Origin: Felis catus
Taxonomy: Eukaryota
Length of the DNA stretch: 64,000 nt
Reading direction: 5' to 3'
Assembly (NCBI RefSeq): GCF_018350175.1
Contig: NC_058368.1
Location: 84,632,001-84,696,000, forward strand
Shown: piece by piece, positions 1 through 14,215 of the stretch
Position numbering within the stretch: the first letter of the stretch is position 1
How the letters are laid out: the number at the start of each line of letters is the position of its first letter
The notes under the pieces: model-generated
Database searches by the model: none
Told to the model about the DNA's origin: nothing
What the model saw: only the letters and a program-made list of their open reading frames with translations
Made by a program: the position numbers and the translations under genes

Positions 1-438
1 GACATCAAAATCCAGGAAGCACAGAGGACCCCCATTAGATTCAACAAAAACCGACCATCAACAAGGAATATCATAGTCAAATTCACAAAATACTCAGGCA
101 AGGAGAGAATCATGAATGCAGCAAGGGAAAAAAGTCCCTAACCTACAAGGGAAGACAGATCAGGTTTGCAGCAGACCTATCCAGAGAAACTTGGAAGGCC
201 ATAAAGGAGTGGCAGGATATATTCAGTGTGCTGAATCAGAAAAAAAATATGCAGCCAAGAATTCTTTATCCAGCAAGGCTGTCATTCAAAATAGAAGGAG
301 AGATAAAAGTTTCCCAGACAAACAAAAATTAAAGGAGTTTGTGACCACTAAACCAGCCCTGCAAGAAATTTTAAGGTGGACTCTCTGAGGGGAGAAAAGA
401 TAAATATATACCAAAAGCTACAAAGCTTAGAAAGGACT
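1..438 (+). mobile_element. LINE-1 ORF1 3' end and inter-ORF spacer (felid L1)
   Basis: Translates as ORF1p C-terminus (IKIQEAQRTPIRFNKNRPSTRNIIVKF...LKEFVTTKPALQEIL, stop at 388); 349-438 closely matches 56461-56570. Confidence 0.93.
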
Positions 439-460
439 TACTTCACTTAGCACAATATCC

Positions 461-2934
461 TTAATAGAAAGGATACAAATTATATACAATTTTAATACAT
501 GCAAAAAGAGCATTTGAGAAAGTACAACATCCATTAATGGTAATAACCCACAACAATGTAGGTTTAGAGGGATCATATCTCAAGGAAATAAAGGCCATGG
601 ATGAAAAATACCACAGTTAACCTCATACTCAGTGGGGGAAAAAATTAAAGCTTTTTCCCTAAGGTCAGGAATAAGACAAGAATATCCACCCAAATCCTTT
701 TAATTCTATATAGTACTAGAATTCCTAACCACAGCAATCAGAGAAAAAATAAATAAATAAATAAAATAAAATTCTCCAAATCAGTAGGAAGAGATAAAAC
801 TTCCACTATTTGCACCTAACATGATATTATGTATGGAAAACCCTGAAGACTGAACAAACACATACAGAAAAGTACTAGAACTGGTAAATTCAGTAAAGTC
901 ACAGGATACAAAATAAATAGTCAGAAATCAGTTACATTTCTAAACACTAATAATGTCTCAGCAGATATATAAATACCTAAAAATGTAGATATATAAGTAC
1001 CTAAAAATAAACTTAACCATTAGCTAAAAGACCTTAATCTGAAGACTATTTAAAAAAAATTGAAAGAAAATGAAGACATAAAGAAATGGAAGATATTGTA
1101 TGCTCATGGATTGGAAGAATAAATATTGTTAAAATGTCTAAACTACCCAAAGAAATACACACTTTCGATTAAATCCCTATGACATTACCAATGGAATTTA
1201 TCACAGACCTAGAACATATGTATGGAACCAAAAAACACCCTAGAAAGCCAAAGTAACCTTGAAAAAGAAAAACAAAACTGGAAGTATCACAATTCCAGAC
1301 TTCAAGTTATACTACAAATCTGTGGTAAATTAAACAGTATGCTATTGGCAGAAGAGTAGACACTTAGATCAATGAAACAGAAAATAAAATCCAGAATAAA
1401 ATCCACAATTATGTTGTCAATTAATCTTCAACAAAGAAAGAAGAATATCCACTGGTAAAAAAAGACAGTCTCTTCAACAACACCAACAAATGGTATTGGG
1501 AAAACTAGACAGCCACATACAAATGATAAAACTGGAACAATTTCTTACACCATACACATAAACTCAAAATAGACTAGGTACCTAAATGTAAGACTTAAAG
1601 TCATAAACATACTAGAGGGGAACAGGCAGTAATTTATCTGACATTAAATATAGCAAAATCTTTCTAGATATGCCTTCTGAGGCAAGAGAAACAAAGGCAA
1701 AAATAAACAATTTAGATCACATCAAAATAAAAAGCTTCTGGTGCACCTGGTGAGCTCAGTCAGTTAAGTGTATGATTTTTTTTCCCCTCAGGTCATTGTC
1801 TCACATTTTGTAGGTTCAAGGCAGCATGGAGGCTGTTTGGGATTTTCTCTTTCTTCCCTCACTCTCCATTCCCTCCCCCACCCCATATAAATAAATAAAC
1901 TTTAAATATATATATAAAAAAACTTCATAGGGAAGAAAACAATCAATAAAACTGAAAGGCAAACTTCAGAATGGGAGGTGATATTTGCAAATGACATATC
2001 AATAAAGTGTTAGTAACAAAAATATATAAAGAAGTGATTAAGTCAATGGCTGAAAAAAATCTAATTTTAAAAGAGTGGAATAAATAGACATTTATCCAAA
2101 AAAGACATCCACATGACCAATAGCTATATGAAAATTTGATTAACATTAGTCATCATCAGGGAAATGCAAATAGAAACTACAATGAGATATTACCTCACAC
2201 CTCTCAGAATGGGTAAAATTAAGAAATAAAACACATAAGAGAAAAAAAAAAGAAACGTGTTGGTGAGGATGTGGAGAAAAAGGGACCCTCTTGCACTGAA
2301 AACTGGTTCAGCCACTGTGAAAACAGTATGGAGATTCCTCAACTAGTCAAAAATAGAAACACACTCCATTTCAATAATCACAGTACAAAATATTTACACA
2401 CAGAATACAAAACACAGTTATTCAAAGGGATTATTGCGACCCAATGTTTATGGAAGCTTTGTTTGAAATTGCCAAATTATAGAAGCATCCCAAATGTCCA
2501 CGGACAGATGCAAGGAATAAACAAGATGTTCTATATATGTATATAAAATGAAATATTATTCATCCATGAAAATAATGAAATCTTGCTATTTGCAATGACG
2601 TGGATGGAGCCAGAGAATATTGTGCTAAGCAAAATAAGTGAGACAGAGGAAAACAAATACCATATTATTTCACTCATATGTGGAATTTTAAGAAAAAATA
2701 AAGGAAGAAAAAAAGAAAACAGAAAGAGGGATAAACCGAGAAACAGACTCAGAACTACAGAGAAGAAACTGACCATTAACAAAGGGAAAAGGGGTGAGGT
2801 GGATGATTGAACTAGGTGTGACTTCGTCATGATAAGCAGTGAATAATGTATGGAATTGTTGAGTTAATATATTCCACAATTGAAACTAATATAACACTCT
2901 ATGTTAACTACACTGGAATTAAAAAAAAAAAAAA
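461..2934 (+). mobile_element. Degenerate LINE-1 ORF2 (RT to C-terminus), 3'UTR and poly(A)
   Basis: Decayed [12 protein letters not shown] and FAxDM-type RT motifs; FAMTWMEPENIVLSKISE near the ORF2 end; A-tail at ~2921-2934; interrupted by a SINE. Confidence 0.93.
1740..1920 (+). mobile_element. Can-SINE (degenerate)
   Basis: ggtgcacctggtgagctcagtcagttaag head, CT-rich tract, aataaa tail. Confidence 0.85.
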
Positions 2935-2974
2935 GATCCATTCATGATGTTACCTAAAGCAAAGTTTTCCCCTT

Positions 2975-3225
2975 TTTAAAGTTTTTATTCAAATTTCAGT
3001 TAGTTTTCAGATAGTGTAATACTAGTCTCAGTTGTACAATATAGTGATTCAACACTTTCATACAACACCTGGTGCTCAACACAATAAATGCACTCTTTAA
3101 TAACCATCACCTATTTAATCCATCTGACTATCCACTTCCCCTCTGGTAATCATGTTTGTTTTCTTTAGTTAAGAGTATATTTCTGGTTTGCCTCACTCTC
3201 TCTCTTTGTCCTTTGTCTTTTGTTG
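2975..3225 (-). mobile_element. LINE-1 3' end fragment
   Basis: Reverse complement of a carnivore L1 3'UTR (atacaacacctggtgctc..., ctttagttaagagt). Confidence 0.85.
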
Positions 3226-3229
3226 CTTC

Positions 3230-5880
3230 TCCTTTTATTCTACTTCACTATTCTCCATGATTTTATCTTCTATATTGCTATTTCACTGCTCTGCGTCATC
3301 CATCCTTGTCATTGTGGTATCCTTTTGAGATTGTATCTCAGTTATAGCATTTTGAATTTCAGGCATACAAGATTTTATTTCTCTTTTCTCTGCAGAAAAG
3401 GCTTCTCTGGTGTGTTTCATGCTTTTTTTTTTCATCCCCAGCTGGTATTTTTATTATCATCGTTCTAAATTCTAAGTTCAGACATCTTGCTTGTATCTGT
3501 GTTAAGTCCCTGGCTGTCATTTCTTCCTGTGCTTTCTTTGGGTGTAAATTTCTTTGTTTTGTCATTTTGTAGGAAGAAAAAAATAAATGAAATAAAAAAT
3601 AAAAGCTAAAAAATTAAAACAAAACAAAAATATCAAAAAGGAAGCTAGATCCAAGTGTTTTGGTCTGCTTGTTGAACAAAGTTTGATAGAATAGATTTAA
3701 AAAAAGAAGGGAAGGAAAAGAAAAAAAAGAAGGAAAATTTTTAATTAAAATTATATAAATACAATAAATAAAGTAAATGAAGTAGAAAAAATTAAAAATA
3801 AAAACCATGTAAAAAATTAAAAGTATTTTTTTCTCTTCCTGTACCCATGAAAGAGAAGGAAAATAAAGAGGTAAAAAAAAGAAAATTTAAGCAAAACAAA
3901 GGCAAAGAAAACAAATAATTGAACCAGCAAACAGAATGAAAAGTGAATGAAATTATATCTAGTTTCCCCTATCCCTGGAACTATGAATCAGTCTATAATC
4001 CATAGACTAAGCAGGTGGTGTGACTTGTGCTGGTCTTTTGGCGGATTGCTTAGAGGGTGTAGGTGGGCAGGGCTTGGTGAAATAGCTCCATTCTCCACCA
4101 GGTGGCGCTGCTTAGCTTACTGGGTTGGATCAGAGTCCATGCAGGAGAGTTGGAAAGGGATTCACCCAGCTTCCTAAATCTCTGGGGCATGAATGCCCTG
4201 CTCTCACCAACCTGCAATCAAGCACCCCTCCTTTGTCTCAGGCATCCATCCACTCCTCATCTCTACTCTATCCATTTCCTCTCCCCATCTCTACATTGTC
4301 CATGTCCAAGCTGTCCCTCTACCAGGCAGAACCTCCTTCAAGAGTTTCATCTTGGATGGGATTGAGTTTCAAAAGCCCACACTTCAGAGACCCCCCCCAA
4401 CTAGGACACATACTAACTTTCTGGGGGAAGGTCTCCCTCAGTAATGGGAAGGTGCTGGCTTGCCTCAGAAAACGTTGATGTGATTTTAGAGCAGTAGAGG
4501 TTTAGAGATTATGGAAAATCATAACATAGCCAGCACCAGGTTTCTCCCTGCACTCTGGCACTTTTGTCCCAACACCACGAAACGTGTCTCCTCTCCAGGG
4601 TTCACTGGGACCTTTGCCTGTGCAGTGGCCATATGGCTTCTACCAAATGCACACCAAGCAGGGAACCACTTCTCCCTCTGTGCCATATGGACTGCCAGAC
4701 TGTGTTGCCTGCTCTTGGGGGTTTGCCTTACTTCCTCACTAGAGCACAGCCAGGCACTGAACTCTGAAACTTCAGACTCTGCACTCCCTTGTTTATAAAA
4801 TCCTGGTGGTATTGAAACCTTCTCCACTCTCCCCATCATTGATTTTGGTGAACAGATTTCTTGTTCAGTCCCCTGCGAGTGTTTTCACTCTTTCTCTCCA
4901 GCTACTTTTGAGGGTAATGCTTTTACTGCCTAAACCCGATGGGCTGCACTCTCCCCTTTTCTTGTTTTCTCTCTGTCTTCACTCTGCATAAATGCCTCTC
5001 TACCCTCTGTGGCTTTTCTATCCCCCAGTTCACCTCTCCACATTGTGTGCCTTCTGAGTTCTGTGACTCAGTTTATGCACATTGGTTGCATTAATCCTCA
5101 GATCAATTTTGTAGGTGTTCAAAAATGGTTTGATACTGATCTAGCTGCATTTCAGGGATGAGACAAGCTCAGGGTCTCCATGCTGCTCTACCATCTCAGC
5201 ACCCCTTTCCATCCTTCTGTTTGGACTGACTTGCTAGGTAGGGTATTCTTGGCTGCATTTTTTTTCCATTCAGGACATTGAATATATCTTGTCACTAATT
5301 TCTGGCTTGCCAAGTTTCTGTGGACAGCTCTCCTATGAATATTATCTGACTTCCCTTGTAGTTTAAGGATTATTTTTCCCCTGGCGTTTACAGGATTCAT
5401 TCTTTATCTGTATAATTTGTGAATTTGACTATGATATGTTTTGGCCAGCTTTTGTTGAATTTAATGGGGGTTCTCTGTTTTTTTTTTTTTTTTTTTTTTT
5501 TTTGGACTTTGGTGTCTTTGTCCTTCCCCAGATTTGGGACATTTTCCACTACAATATTCTCACATAAACCTTCTGCCCCTTTATCTCTGTCTTCATTTTC
5601 TGGGACTCCTTTGAAAGGTATTGTTATTACATTTTAATACATTATTGATTTTCCTAAGTTTGACTTCCTGATCTCACCTTTGTTTCCTTATTTTCAGCTT
5701 TACTATTTTTCATAAATATATCTTCCACATCACTAATTTGCTTCTCTGCCTACTCCATCCTTGCTTTTATGGCCTCCATTTGGGTTTGCATCTTGGTTTT
5801 GACATTTTTAATTTTGGCCTGACTATATTTTTGTGTTTTTTTGCAGAGAGGGATTTTCTGATGTCTTCTATGCTTTTTAT
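3230..5880 (-). mobile_element. LINE-1 5'UTR/ORF1 fragments
   Basis: Minus-strand ORF1-like peptides (QEEMTARDLTQ...EFRTMIIKI; LQGKSDNI...NLASQK) flanking 5'UTR-like sequence; probably two elements. Confidence 0.8.
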
Positions 5881-6936
5881 AGATGTAGTCCATTTAAATT
5901 CAGAGTAATTATCAATACATAATAGTGTTATTGTATTACCTGGAAAGTTGCTGTTTAGGGAGATTCTCTCTGTACCTTTCTAGGTTTTTTTTGTTTTTGT
6001 TTTGTTTTTGTTTTTTTTGTTTTGTTTTTTTGTTTTTGGGTTTTCTTCACCACTCAAAGAGTCCCATTTAATATTTCTTGCAGAGGTGGTTTAGTGGTCA
6101 TGAACTCCTTCAGTTTTTGTTTGTTTGAGAAATTATTTTATCTCTCCTTCTATTCTGACTGACAGTAATGCTGGATAAAGTATTTTTGGCTGCAGATTTT
6201 CCCCCTTATCTCGTTGAATATATCTTGCCTTTTTTTTCTGGCCTGCTAGGTGTCTGTGGAGAGATCTGCTGCTAAACTGATTTATCTTCCTTTGTAGTTT
6301 AGAGATTCCTTTTTTTCTTTATACTTTCAGAATTCTTTTATTATCTCTATATTTTGAAAATTTTGCTATGCTATGTCTTGGTGTTGGCCGGGTTTTATTG
6401 AATTTGATGGGAGTTATTGGTGCCTCCTGGATTAGATGTTTGCTTTCTTCCCCAGATTAGGGAAGTTTCCAGCTATAATTTGCTCAAATAAACCTTCTTC
6501 CCCCTTTACCTTTTCTTCATCTGTGTCTCTTATGATACAAATGTTATTATGCTTTATGTATTTGCTCAATTTGCTAAGTTTACATTAGTGACACAATAAT
6601 TTTCTCCTCTTCTTTTCGGCTTTATTATTTTCCATAATTTTATCTTCTATATGTCTGATTTGATTTCTCTGCTTCTTCCCTCCTTGTTGTCATTACATAC
6701 AATCAGTTTTGCATCTCAGTTACAAAAAAATTTTTTTGACCTGACTAGTTTTTAGTTCTTTTATGTCTGCACTAAGTGATTTTCTACTATTTTCTAGCCT
6801 TTTCTAAAGCCTAGATCATATCCTTATGATTGCTGTTTTGAATTCTGGTTCATATCCCTGGCCATGACCTCTTCTTGTTCTTTCTTTGAGGTAAATTTCT
6901 ACTTCATCTTTTGTCATTTTTTTCTAGAGTACTGTG

Positions 6937-6983
<47 letters not shown>

Positions 6984-7530
6984 TTGGCAAGCCTGTTGTA
7001 TTTAATGCTCCTGAGAGTAATATCCGTATTATCAAGAGGCCCTATACTGTCCAGGGCCTAGCACCTCAGGAAGTGTTTCAGAGTGTGCACTCTCTTGTGT
7101 TTGGTCTTTCTTTCCCTCAGGTCAGTCCTCTGCAGAATGTCTCTTTGCCTGTAGTAGGGAGTGTGTGGGTCTTGTCCAGGTTTGGGCATTTTGACTAGGT
7201 GTGCTTGCACTGTTTGCTAAAACAAGCTTGATCTTATTTCTGGTACAGGTGAAGCTTTGCAGCAATGATCATTATCTTAGTGTATATGAGCAGTTTATGC
7301 TGGTATTCTGGGGGAGAAGCTGGCTGTGCTCATTCTCAGGCTGTCTTTCTCTAGGAAGGATGCACCTTCCATGATGTGCCTTCTTTACTCCTCCTAGTTC
7401 TGCAGTTTGTTCTCTCAGGATTCAGATAGATTTCTTGGGTGTTCAGAATGATTTGGTATTTATCTTGATGTGTTAGAGTGATGAAGAAAGCTGAGAGTTC
7501 CTCTACTGCTTATCCAACTTAATTTTCCTC
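5881..7530 (-). mobile_element. LINE-1 ORF1 and 5'UTR remnant
   Basis: Similar to 5210-5880 and 8910-9900 (ttcccagattagggaagttt, aactccttcagtttttgtttg); contains a (TG)n at 6940-6980. Confidence 0.8.
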
Positions 7531-7805
7531 TTTCTTTTATGTTTGTTATCAGTAGTTTTATATGACTGGGTACTTCCATGTTAGGTGTATAAATATTTAC
7601 TATTGTTGGATCTTCTTGTTTATCCCCTTTATGACTATATAGTGCTCTTATTAATCTCTTGTTAGAGTCTTTGGTTAAAGTCCAGTTTGTCTGATATTAG
7701 TATTACTACTAAAGGTTTCTTTTGACAAACATTTTTATGATGAATATTTCTCCATGGCCTCACTTTCAATGTGCAGTTATCTTTAGGTCTAAAATAAGTC
7801 TCCTG

Positions 7806-8494
7806 CTATAGATGCTGGAGAGGATGTGGAGAAACAGGAACCCTCTTGCACTGTTGGTGGGAATGCAAACTGGTGCAGCCACTCTAGAAAACAGTGTGGA
7901 GGTTCCTCAAAAAATTAAAAATAAACCTACCGTATGACCCAGCAGTAGCACTGCTAGGAATTTACCCAAGGGATACAGGAGTACTGATGCATAGGGACAC
8001 TTGTACCCCAATGTTTATAGTAGCACTCTCAACAATAGCCAAATTATGGAAAGAGCCTAAATGTCCATCAACTGATGAATGGATAAAGAAATTGTGGTTT
8101 ATATACACAATGGAGTGCTATGTGGCAATGAGAAAGAATGAAATATGGCCCTTTGTAGCAACGTGGATGGAACTGGAGACTGTGATGCTAAGTGAAATAA
8201 GCCATACAGAGAAAGACAGATACCATATGGTTTCACTCTTATGTGGATCCTGAGAAACTTAACAGGAACCCATGGGAGAGGGGAAGGAAACAAAAAAGAG
8301 GTTAGAGTGGGAGAGAGCCAAAGCATAAGAGACTCTTAAAAATGGAGAACAAACTGAGTGTTGATGGGAGGTGGGAGGGAGGGGAGGGTGGGTGATGGGT
8401 ATTGGGGGGCATCTTTTGGGATGAGCACTGGATGTTGTATGGAAACCAATTTGACAATAAATTTCATATATTAAAAAAATTAAAAAAATAAAAT
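7806..8494 (+). mobile_element. 5'-truncated young felid L1 with TSD
   Basis: ORF2 C-terminus WRFLKKLKINLPYDPA...YHMVSLLCGS; TSD aaaat(a/g)agtctcctg at 7791-7805 and 8495-8509. Confidence 0.95.
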
Positions 8495-8560
8495 AAAATG
8501 AGTCTCCTGTAGGCAACAAATAGATTGGCCTTTTTCAAATACATTTTTACACTCTATGTC

Positions 8561-8758
8561 TTTTTTTTTTTAATGTTTATTTATTTATTTTGAGAGAGAG
8601 AGAAAGCACAAGTCATGGAGTGGCAGAGTGAGAGAGAATCCCAAGTAGGCTCTATGCTCAGCACAGAGTCCAATGCAGGGCTTGATCTCACAACCATGAG
8701 ATCATTCCTGAGCCAAATTCAAGAGTTGGCCCAACTGTCTGAGCCACCCAGGCACCCT
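8561..8758 (-). mobile_element. Can-SINE
   Basis: poly-T, tttattt, gagccacccaggcaccc end; t(a/g)tgtcttttt on both flanks. Confidence 0.9.
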
Positions 8759-9237
8759 GCTGTGTCTTTTTATTGGAGCATTAGTGAGTTTATATTCACA
8801 ATAATTATTGATTTGTATTTATTTCCATATTATTACTTGTTATATTATTGTTTCCAGAGATTTTCTCTGATTCTTTCTTGTCTTTATCACTTCTGATCTT
8901 TCTTTTCCACTCAAAGAGTCCTTTTTATATTTCTTGAAGTACTTTATTTAAAGGTCACAAACTCCTTTAGTTTTTGTTGTCTTGAAAATTCTTTGTGTCT
9001 CCTTGTATTCTGAATGTCAGCCTTTTGGGATAGACTATTCTTGATTGGAAAAATTTTCTATTCTGCATATTGAATACATCATGCCACTACCCTATGTTTT
9101 GCCAAGTTTTCTGTGGTGACATCTGTTGCTAGCCTTATGGGTCTTCTCTTGTAAGTAAGAGTTATCTTTTGTTCTGGTGCTTTTAGGATTTTTCTTTATC
9201 ACTATATTTTGCTAATTTAATTAAAATGTGTCTTGGT

Positions 9238-9440
9238 GGGGTGCCTGGGTGGCTCAGTCGGTTAAGCGGCCAACTTTGGCTCAGGTCACGATCTCGCCGT
9301 CCGTGAGTTTGAGCCCCGCATCGGGCTCTGTGCTGACAGCTCAGAGCCTGGAGCCTGTTTCGGATTCTGTATCTCCCTCTCTCTCTGCCCCTCCCCTGTT
9401 CATGCTCTGTCTCTCTCTGTCTCAAAAATAAATAAACGTT
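9238..9440 (+). mobile_element. Young felid Can-SINE
   Basis: Full head with CpGs retained; TSD ttaaaatgtgtcttggtg at 9221-9238 and 9439-9456. Confidence 0.97.
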
Positions 9441-11724
9441 AAAATGTGTCTTGGTGTTGGCTTACTTTTGTTGAAATTGATGGGGGTTCCTGTGACTCCT
9501 GAATTTGGATGTCTGTTTCCTTCCCAGGTTAGGGATGTTTTGCCTATTATTTCTTCAAATACCTTTTCTGTCCCCTTTTCTCTCTCTCTTCATCTGGGAT
9601 TTCTATAATACAAATATCATTATGTTTGATGGAGTCACTGAGTTCCCTAAGTCTCCCCTCATGACTCATATTTCTTCTTTCTCTCTTTTGTTCACATTCA
9701 ATATTTTCCTTTTTTTTTGTCTAAGTCACTAATCCATTTTTCTTTTAATTTTTCCAGTCTGATGTTCATTGCATCAAGATAACTGATGCTTTTTTGACTC
9801 ATCTATCTTTATGGTAAGAGTCTCACTGATGATTTTTATTCTTTTCTAAATTCCAGTGAGTATATTTATGAATATTGCTTTAAATTGTCCATCAAGAATG
9901 TTATATGTGTTCTGCTTAAATGTCTGGCTATGAATTTATCTTGGTATTCCACTTTGGATGAATTCCTCTGTTTTGACATTTTGTCTAAGTCTATGTCTTC
10001 TTCTCTGAAGAAAGCCAGTTACATTGCCTGCTTTTGTGAGTAATGACCTTATGAAGAATAGGTCATGTCGTGTCTAGGCCAGATGATTCATGGAATAGAT
10101 CTGGTGAGTGATGTGTGTCTCTCCTGTTGTGTTTTTGTTGCTCTACCCTTTAGGCTAGTTGTCTACAGAGGGCCTGCTTGCCTGCAGTGTGAATTTTGGT
10201 CCCTGGCCTGCATACTGTGAATTTTAACTAGGTGTTCTCTGGTATGCTTATGAAATGAGACCTGACACCACCTCCATAAGAACTGAGGCCTTTCAGAACT
10301 CTCTGGTTAGGGATGTGGTGTGAACAGGGGTTTGTGCTAGTCTTCTGAGGGAAGGTCCTACCATGCTGGCACTGGACAAGTTTGACTGAGAAGGGCAGTC
10401 CCACTAAAGCACATGGCTCTGGGTCTTGAGGTAAGTAAGTAAAGTAGCCAGTGTCAGTGCCACGATGCTTCCTGTGAATGGCTCTGTGTTTATGCTGAGG
10501 GACAGGGAAAAAATGGTTCCAGCAACTCTTTTATTCCTAGAAAGACATCTCCATGAATTCTGCTTCTCTGATACATGCTCCAAGAAAAGCAAATTATCTC
10601 CCTCTGTGTTTCCCAATGGTTTTTCTGATCACTGTTTTTTGTTTCAATGCTGTCTGCCCCTGGGTTGTTTGCCTGACTTTTCTCCAGGAGTAGACAAGTG
10701 CCCTTGGGGCTCTATTGTAGCCTACCTAGCCTGCTGCCCTTTAAAAAGTCAGGCTTTCTTCCTTGCTAATTGCAAGAACTCATGAAATTCAGCCCCTCTC
10801 ATTTTTCAAGCCAGAGTCCTTGGGAAAATATTCTGCTTGTGCTTTTGCCTGTGTGCTTCTCTCTCTGTCTCAACTGTCTCCATGATCTTGGCTCTGTTCC
10901 CTCCACAAAATCCATGGTCCATTTCTTCCCTAAACCATGTCTCCATTTTTCCTACCTTACTTGATGTGGCCTCTTCTCTCCCTTTAGTTCTGGACTTTGT
11001 TCTGTTAGTCTTCAGGTCAATTTATGGTGGGTTTATGATGAATAATAGTTATCTAGTTGTGTTCATTGGACAAGACAAGCCTAGGGTCCTCTTATTCTGC
11101 CACCATTTTCCTTTCCCCTGTAAATAATACTTACATTAATATATAGAATTTATAAAACCAAAAATGTTAAAAGAGTGAAATGATATTACTTGTTTGCCAA
11201 TGCTTTTAATGCTTGTTATCTTTATGTAGTCTTCAACCACAACAGCCACCTGGAACTGAGGGATTCTTGAGGCTGGGAGGTGATACACATTCCAAGGCTG
11301 GAGTTCCAATGGTCATGTGGATGCTTCAGTTTTGGACTCCCTATTTTAGCTGTCTTTTTACCCTATTGTGTACTAAACAACTTCACTATTGGATTTGCTG
11401 CTCCCTGAAGCCATGCTTAGTTCTCACTGATACAAAGAGAGCTAATACCACCTGCTTCAGGGTGTGGCTCCAAGGATCAGTCAAGAATCTGTGAAATACT
11501 TGGCCAGCAGATGCATGTGCAAGGACATCACAATTTCATTTCCACCAGAGTAAATGAGCATGTGAATGTTGGGCTCAGCCATGTATTTTCTTTCCTACAC
11601 TCTAGTAAACTCAAGAATTCTACTATTCTGTCATTTATAAAAAGACTTTGATGAAAGCTTACTGTCACAGACCTACTGGGCCTCATGATGCACCAAGAAA
11701 AAAAATCATTAGAAAAAATGACTT

Positions 11725-12151
11725 ATTATTTATTTATTTAAATGTTTATTTAATTTGTAAAGAGAGAGAGAACAAATGGGGGAAGGGCAGAGAGAAGCAG
11801 ACAGAGGATCTAAAGTGGGCTCTGCACTGACAATAGTGAGTCTGATGTAGGGCTCGAATTCATGAACCACGAGTTCATGACCTCAGCTGAAGTTGGACAC
11901 TCAACCAACTGAGCCACCCAGGTGCTCCTATTTTTCTTTTTTCTTTTTTTTTAATTTGAAAGAGAACACATGTGAGTGGGGAGGGAGAGGGACAGAAAGT
12001 GAGAGGGAGAGAGAATCCCAAGTAGGCTCCATGCTTACAGCATGCTTACAGCATGGAGCCCAATGCAGGACTCAATCTCATGAACTATGAGATCATGAAC
12101 TGAGCCCAAATCAAGAGCCAGATCTTTAACCACTTGAGCCACCCAGGTGCC
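11725..12151 (-). mobile_element. Two adjacent Can-SINEs
   Basis: Two gagccacccaggtgc ends at ~11925 and ~12150. Confidence 0.9.
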
Positions 12152-12729
12152 TTCAGAAAATACATAAATAAATAAATAAATAAATCCATTTCCTTCTACA
12201 CTTATAAAGGAAAGAAAGAAATCTAAATATGCTCAGTTTCCCTTTATAAGCTGGCAGTTCTACCTCTCCTCTTCCACTTTTCCTGATGACGCTGCTTCTC
12301 AACATAGATTCCCAGAGGAACCTGTTTACTCACTGTTCTTGCACAATTTTCCTTAATCTAATAATATGGATGTGCATGCTCATGTGTGTTCCTTCCTTAT
12401 AAACCAGTTTGGACATATAATGTTACCTCATGTGTTAATTTAAATGTTACAATAATTCCAGTAGACAGGTTTACTGTAAAAAAAATTTAAGGGCATAGAT
12501 CCCATTTGTGGGAAATTTGATTCACCTGATATAAAAGTAAAAGAGAAGGGAAATTTTTCAGAACTACATTAGTGGAATTTTTTTGTGTGCAGGTAGTTTC
12601 AGGTGGTCAGCAAGCAATTTACCCACTGGCAGTCTCTTTTATGGACTTGTTCCTTACTTCAGTATTTCAAATATATTCCACATTCAATCAAGTCACTGAA
12701 CTGATAGAAAGAGTTACAATGTAATAAGT

Positions 12730-12880
12730 CAGAATGCCAGCTCTGGAGGAAGACCATCTGGTTTAAATATTTGCTCTCCCCTTACTAGTCTGTGATATCA
12801 TTGGCATGTTACCAGCTTTCAATTGGGCCTCATATTCTTTATCTGTAATATAGAGACAACAGTGCATACCTCACAAACTG
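12730..12880 (+). mobile_element. MIR fragment
   Basis: Core-like cttactagtctgtgat...gggcctcatattctttatctgtaatatagag...atacctcac. Confidence 0.6.
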
Positions 12881-13797
12881 ATAAGTGCATCCTTGAGTGT
12901 CCCAAAGTAGTTATTAACATTGAGAAAATGTCTATACCACCGTGGCCCAACTTAATTACTTAGTTCACATAACATATCCCAAAGAGACAAGTTATAGAAG
13001 TCACTGAGTTTACAGTAAAGTGAAGAAAATCCCACAGCCACACCAGAGACACAAAAAGTTGGACTTATCATTTCTGACAGTTACATAGTGAATTTCTACC
13101 ATTACAAATGTGGAATACAATTTTTCTTTTCAATTAAAAATATATACTCTGAAAATTTATTACATAGATTCTAAACACTTATCATTTATAGAATGTCCTA
13201 AAAATCTTTGCCAAGCAAGATATAGATATAAAGATATATGAAGATATTTCCCTTTATAAATATCAATGTAAAATGAAAAAAATCAAGGCAATCATATTTC
13301 CTTTTGTTCTTCATTTTTAAATGCCATTCTCTATTGTTTTGTAAAGATTTCCATGCATTCATTCAAACATACTTTGAAGTTCACTTGCCCATTTAAGGCA
13401 GAATGCAGGAATTTTAGAGGATATGAACTAAACATTGTCTTGATGGGGCTGAAGCAAGAACTCTGTCAGGGTCATTCTGGCCTCCCAGTCTTGCCCTTCT
13501 GCAGATATGGAACCTCATCTTTGTTGGTCATCACAACTACTATGTCTAAATGTGTCCATTTAGGTGAGACACAGATTCCTTCAGGAATGCTGCGGCTATA
13601 CATACTTCTGCAGAACTGAAGAGAAAGACAAGAGTCATTATGTAACCCCATGTAAATGTGCACCGAACTTTTATTAGGATCCTCCATTCTTACTAACGAA
13701 CCTCTATGACCAGAGAGCAAAAGTCAAGCTTAGGAGATATAGTCAGAAGTTAACCCAGAAATGACTGTCAGAAAATTCTTTCTCAAAAATAGCTTTA

Positions 13798-14007
13798 GGG
13801 ACACCTGGGTGGCTTAGTCAGTTAAGAGTCCAACTTCAGCTCAGGTCATGATCTCACAGTTTGTGAGTTTGAGCCCTGTGTTGATCTCTATGCTAACAGC
13901 TCAGAGCCTGAAGCCTACTTTGGATTCTGTGCCTCCCTCTCTGTGCCCCTCCCCCACTTCCTTGCTCTTTCTCTCTCTCAAAATTAAACATTAAAAATAA
14001 AAAAAAA
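13798..14007 (+). mobile_element. Can-SINE
   Basis: gggacacctgggtggcttag head; aaaaatagcttta on both flanks. Confidence 0.93.
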
Positions 14008-14215
14008 TAGCTTTAAGCAGTAAAGGAAAAATTCTAGTTTCCTTTTCCACATGTTAATGAATTTCCATCTTCTCCATCTTTTCCCCTTACCATTTGCTGA
14101 AAATGAACTTTAGATTTGAAAACATGCAAAATTTTGAGAACCAGTTGAAAAATACCTTGATAATTAAAGGCATTATAAATTAGTGCTTACAGGCACTGTA
14201 TCAAAGGAAATTGGA

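Larger units (their letters stand above)
7535..11112 (-). mobile_element. LINE-1 5' half (EN start, ORF1, 5'UTR) carrying three nested insertions
   Basis: Antisense endonuclease region (ctcactttcaatgtgcag), ORF1 and a 5'UTR ending ctgccaccattttcc. Confidence 0.85.

Noticed and set aside
13470..13630. Possible minus-strand terminal exon after tctttctcttcag
   Set aside because: No recognisable peptide in any frame and no supported upstream exon
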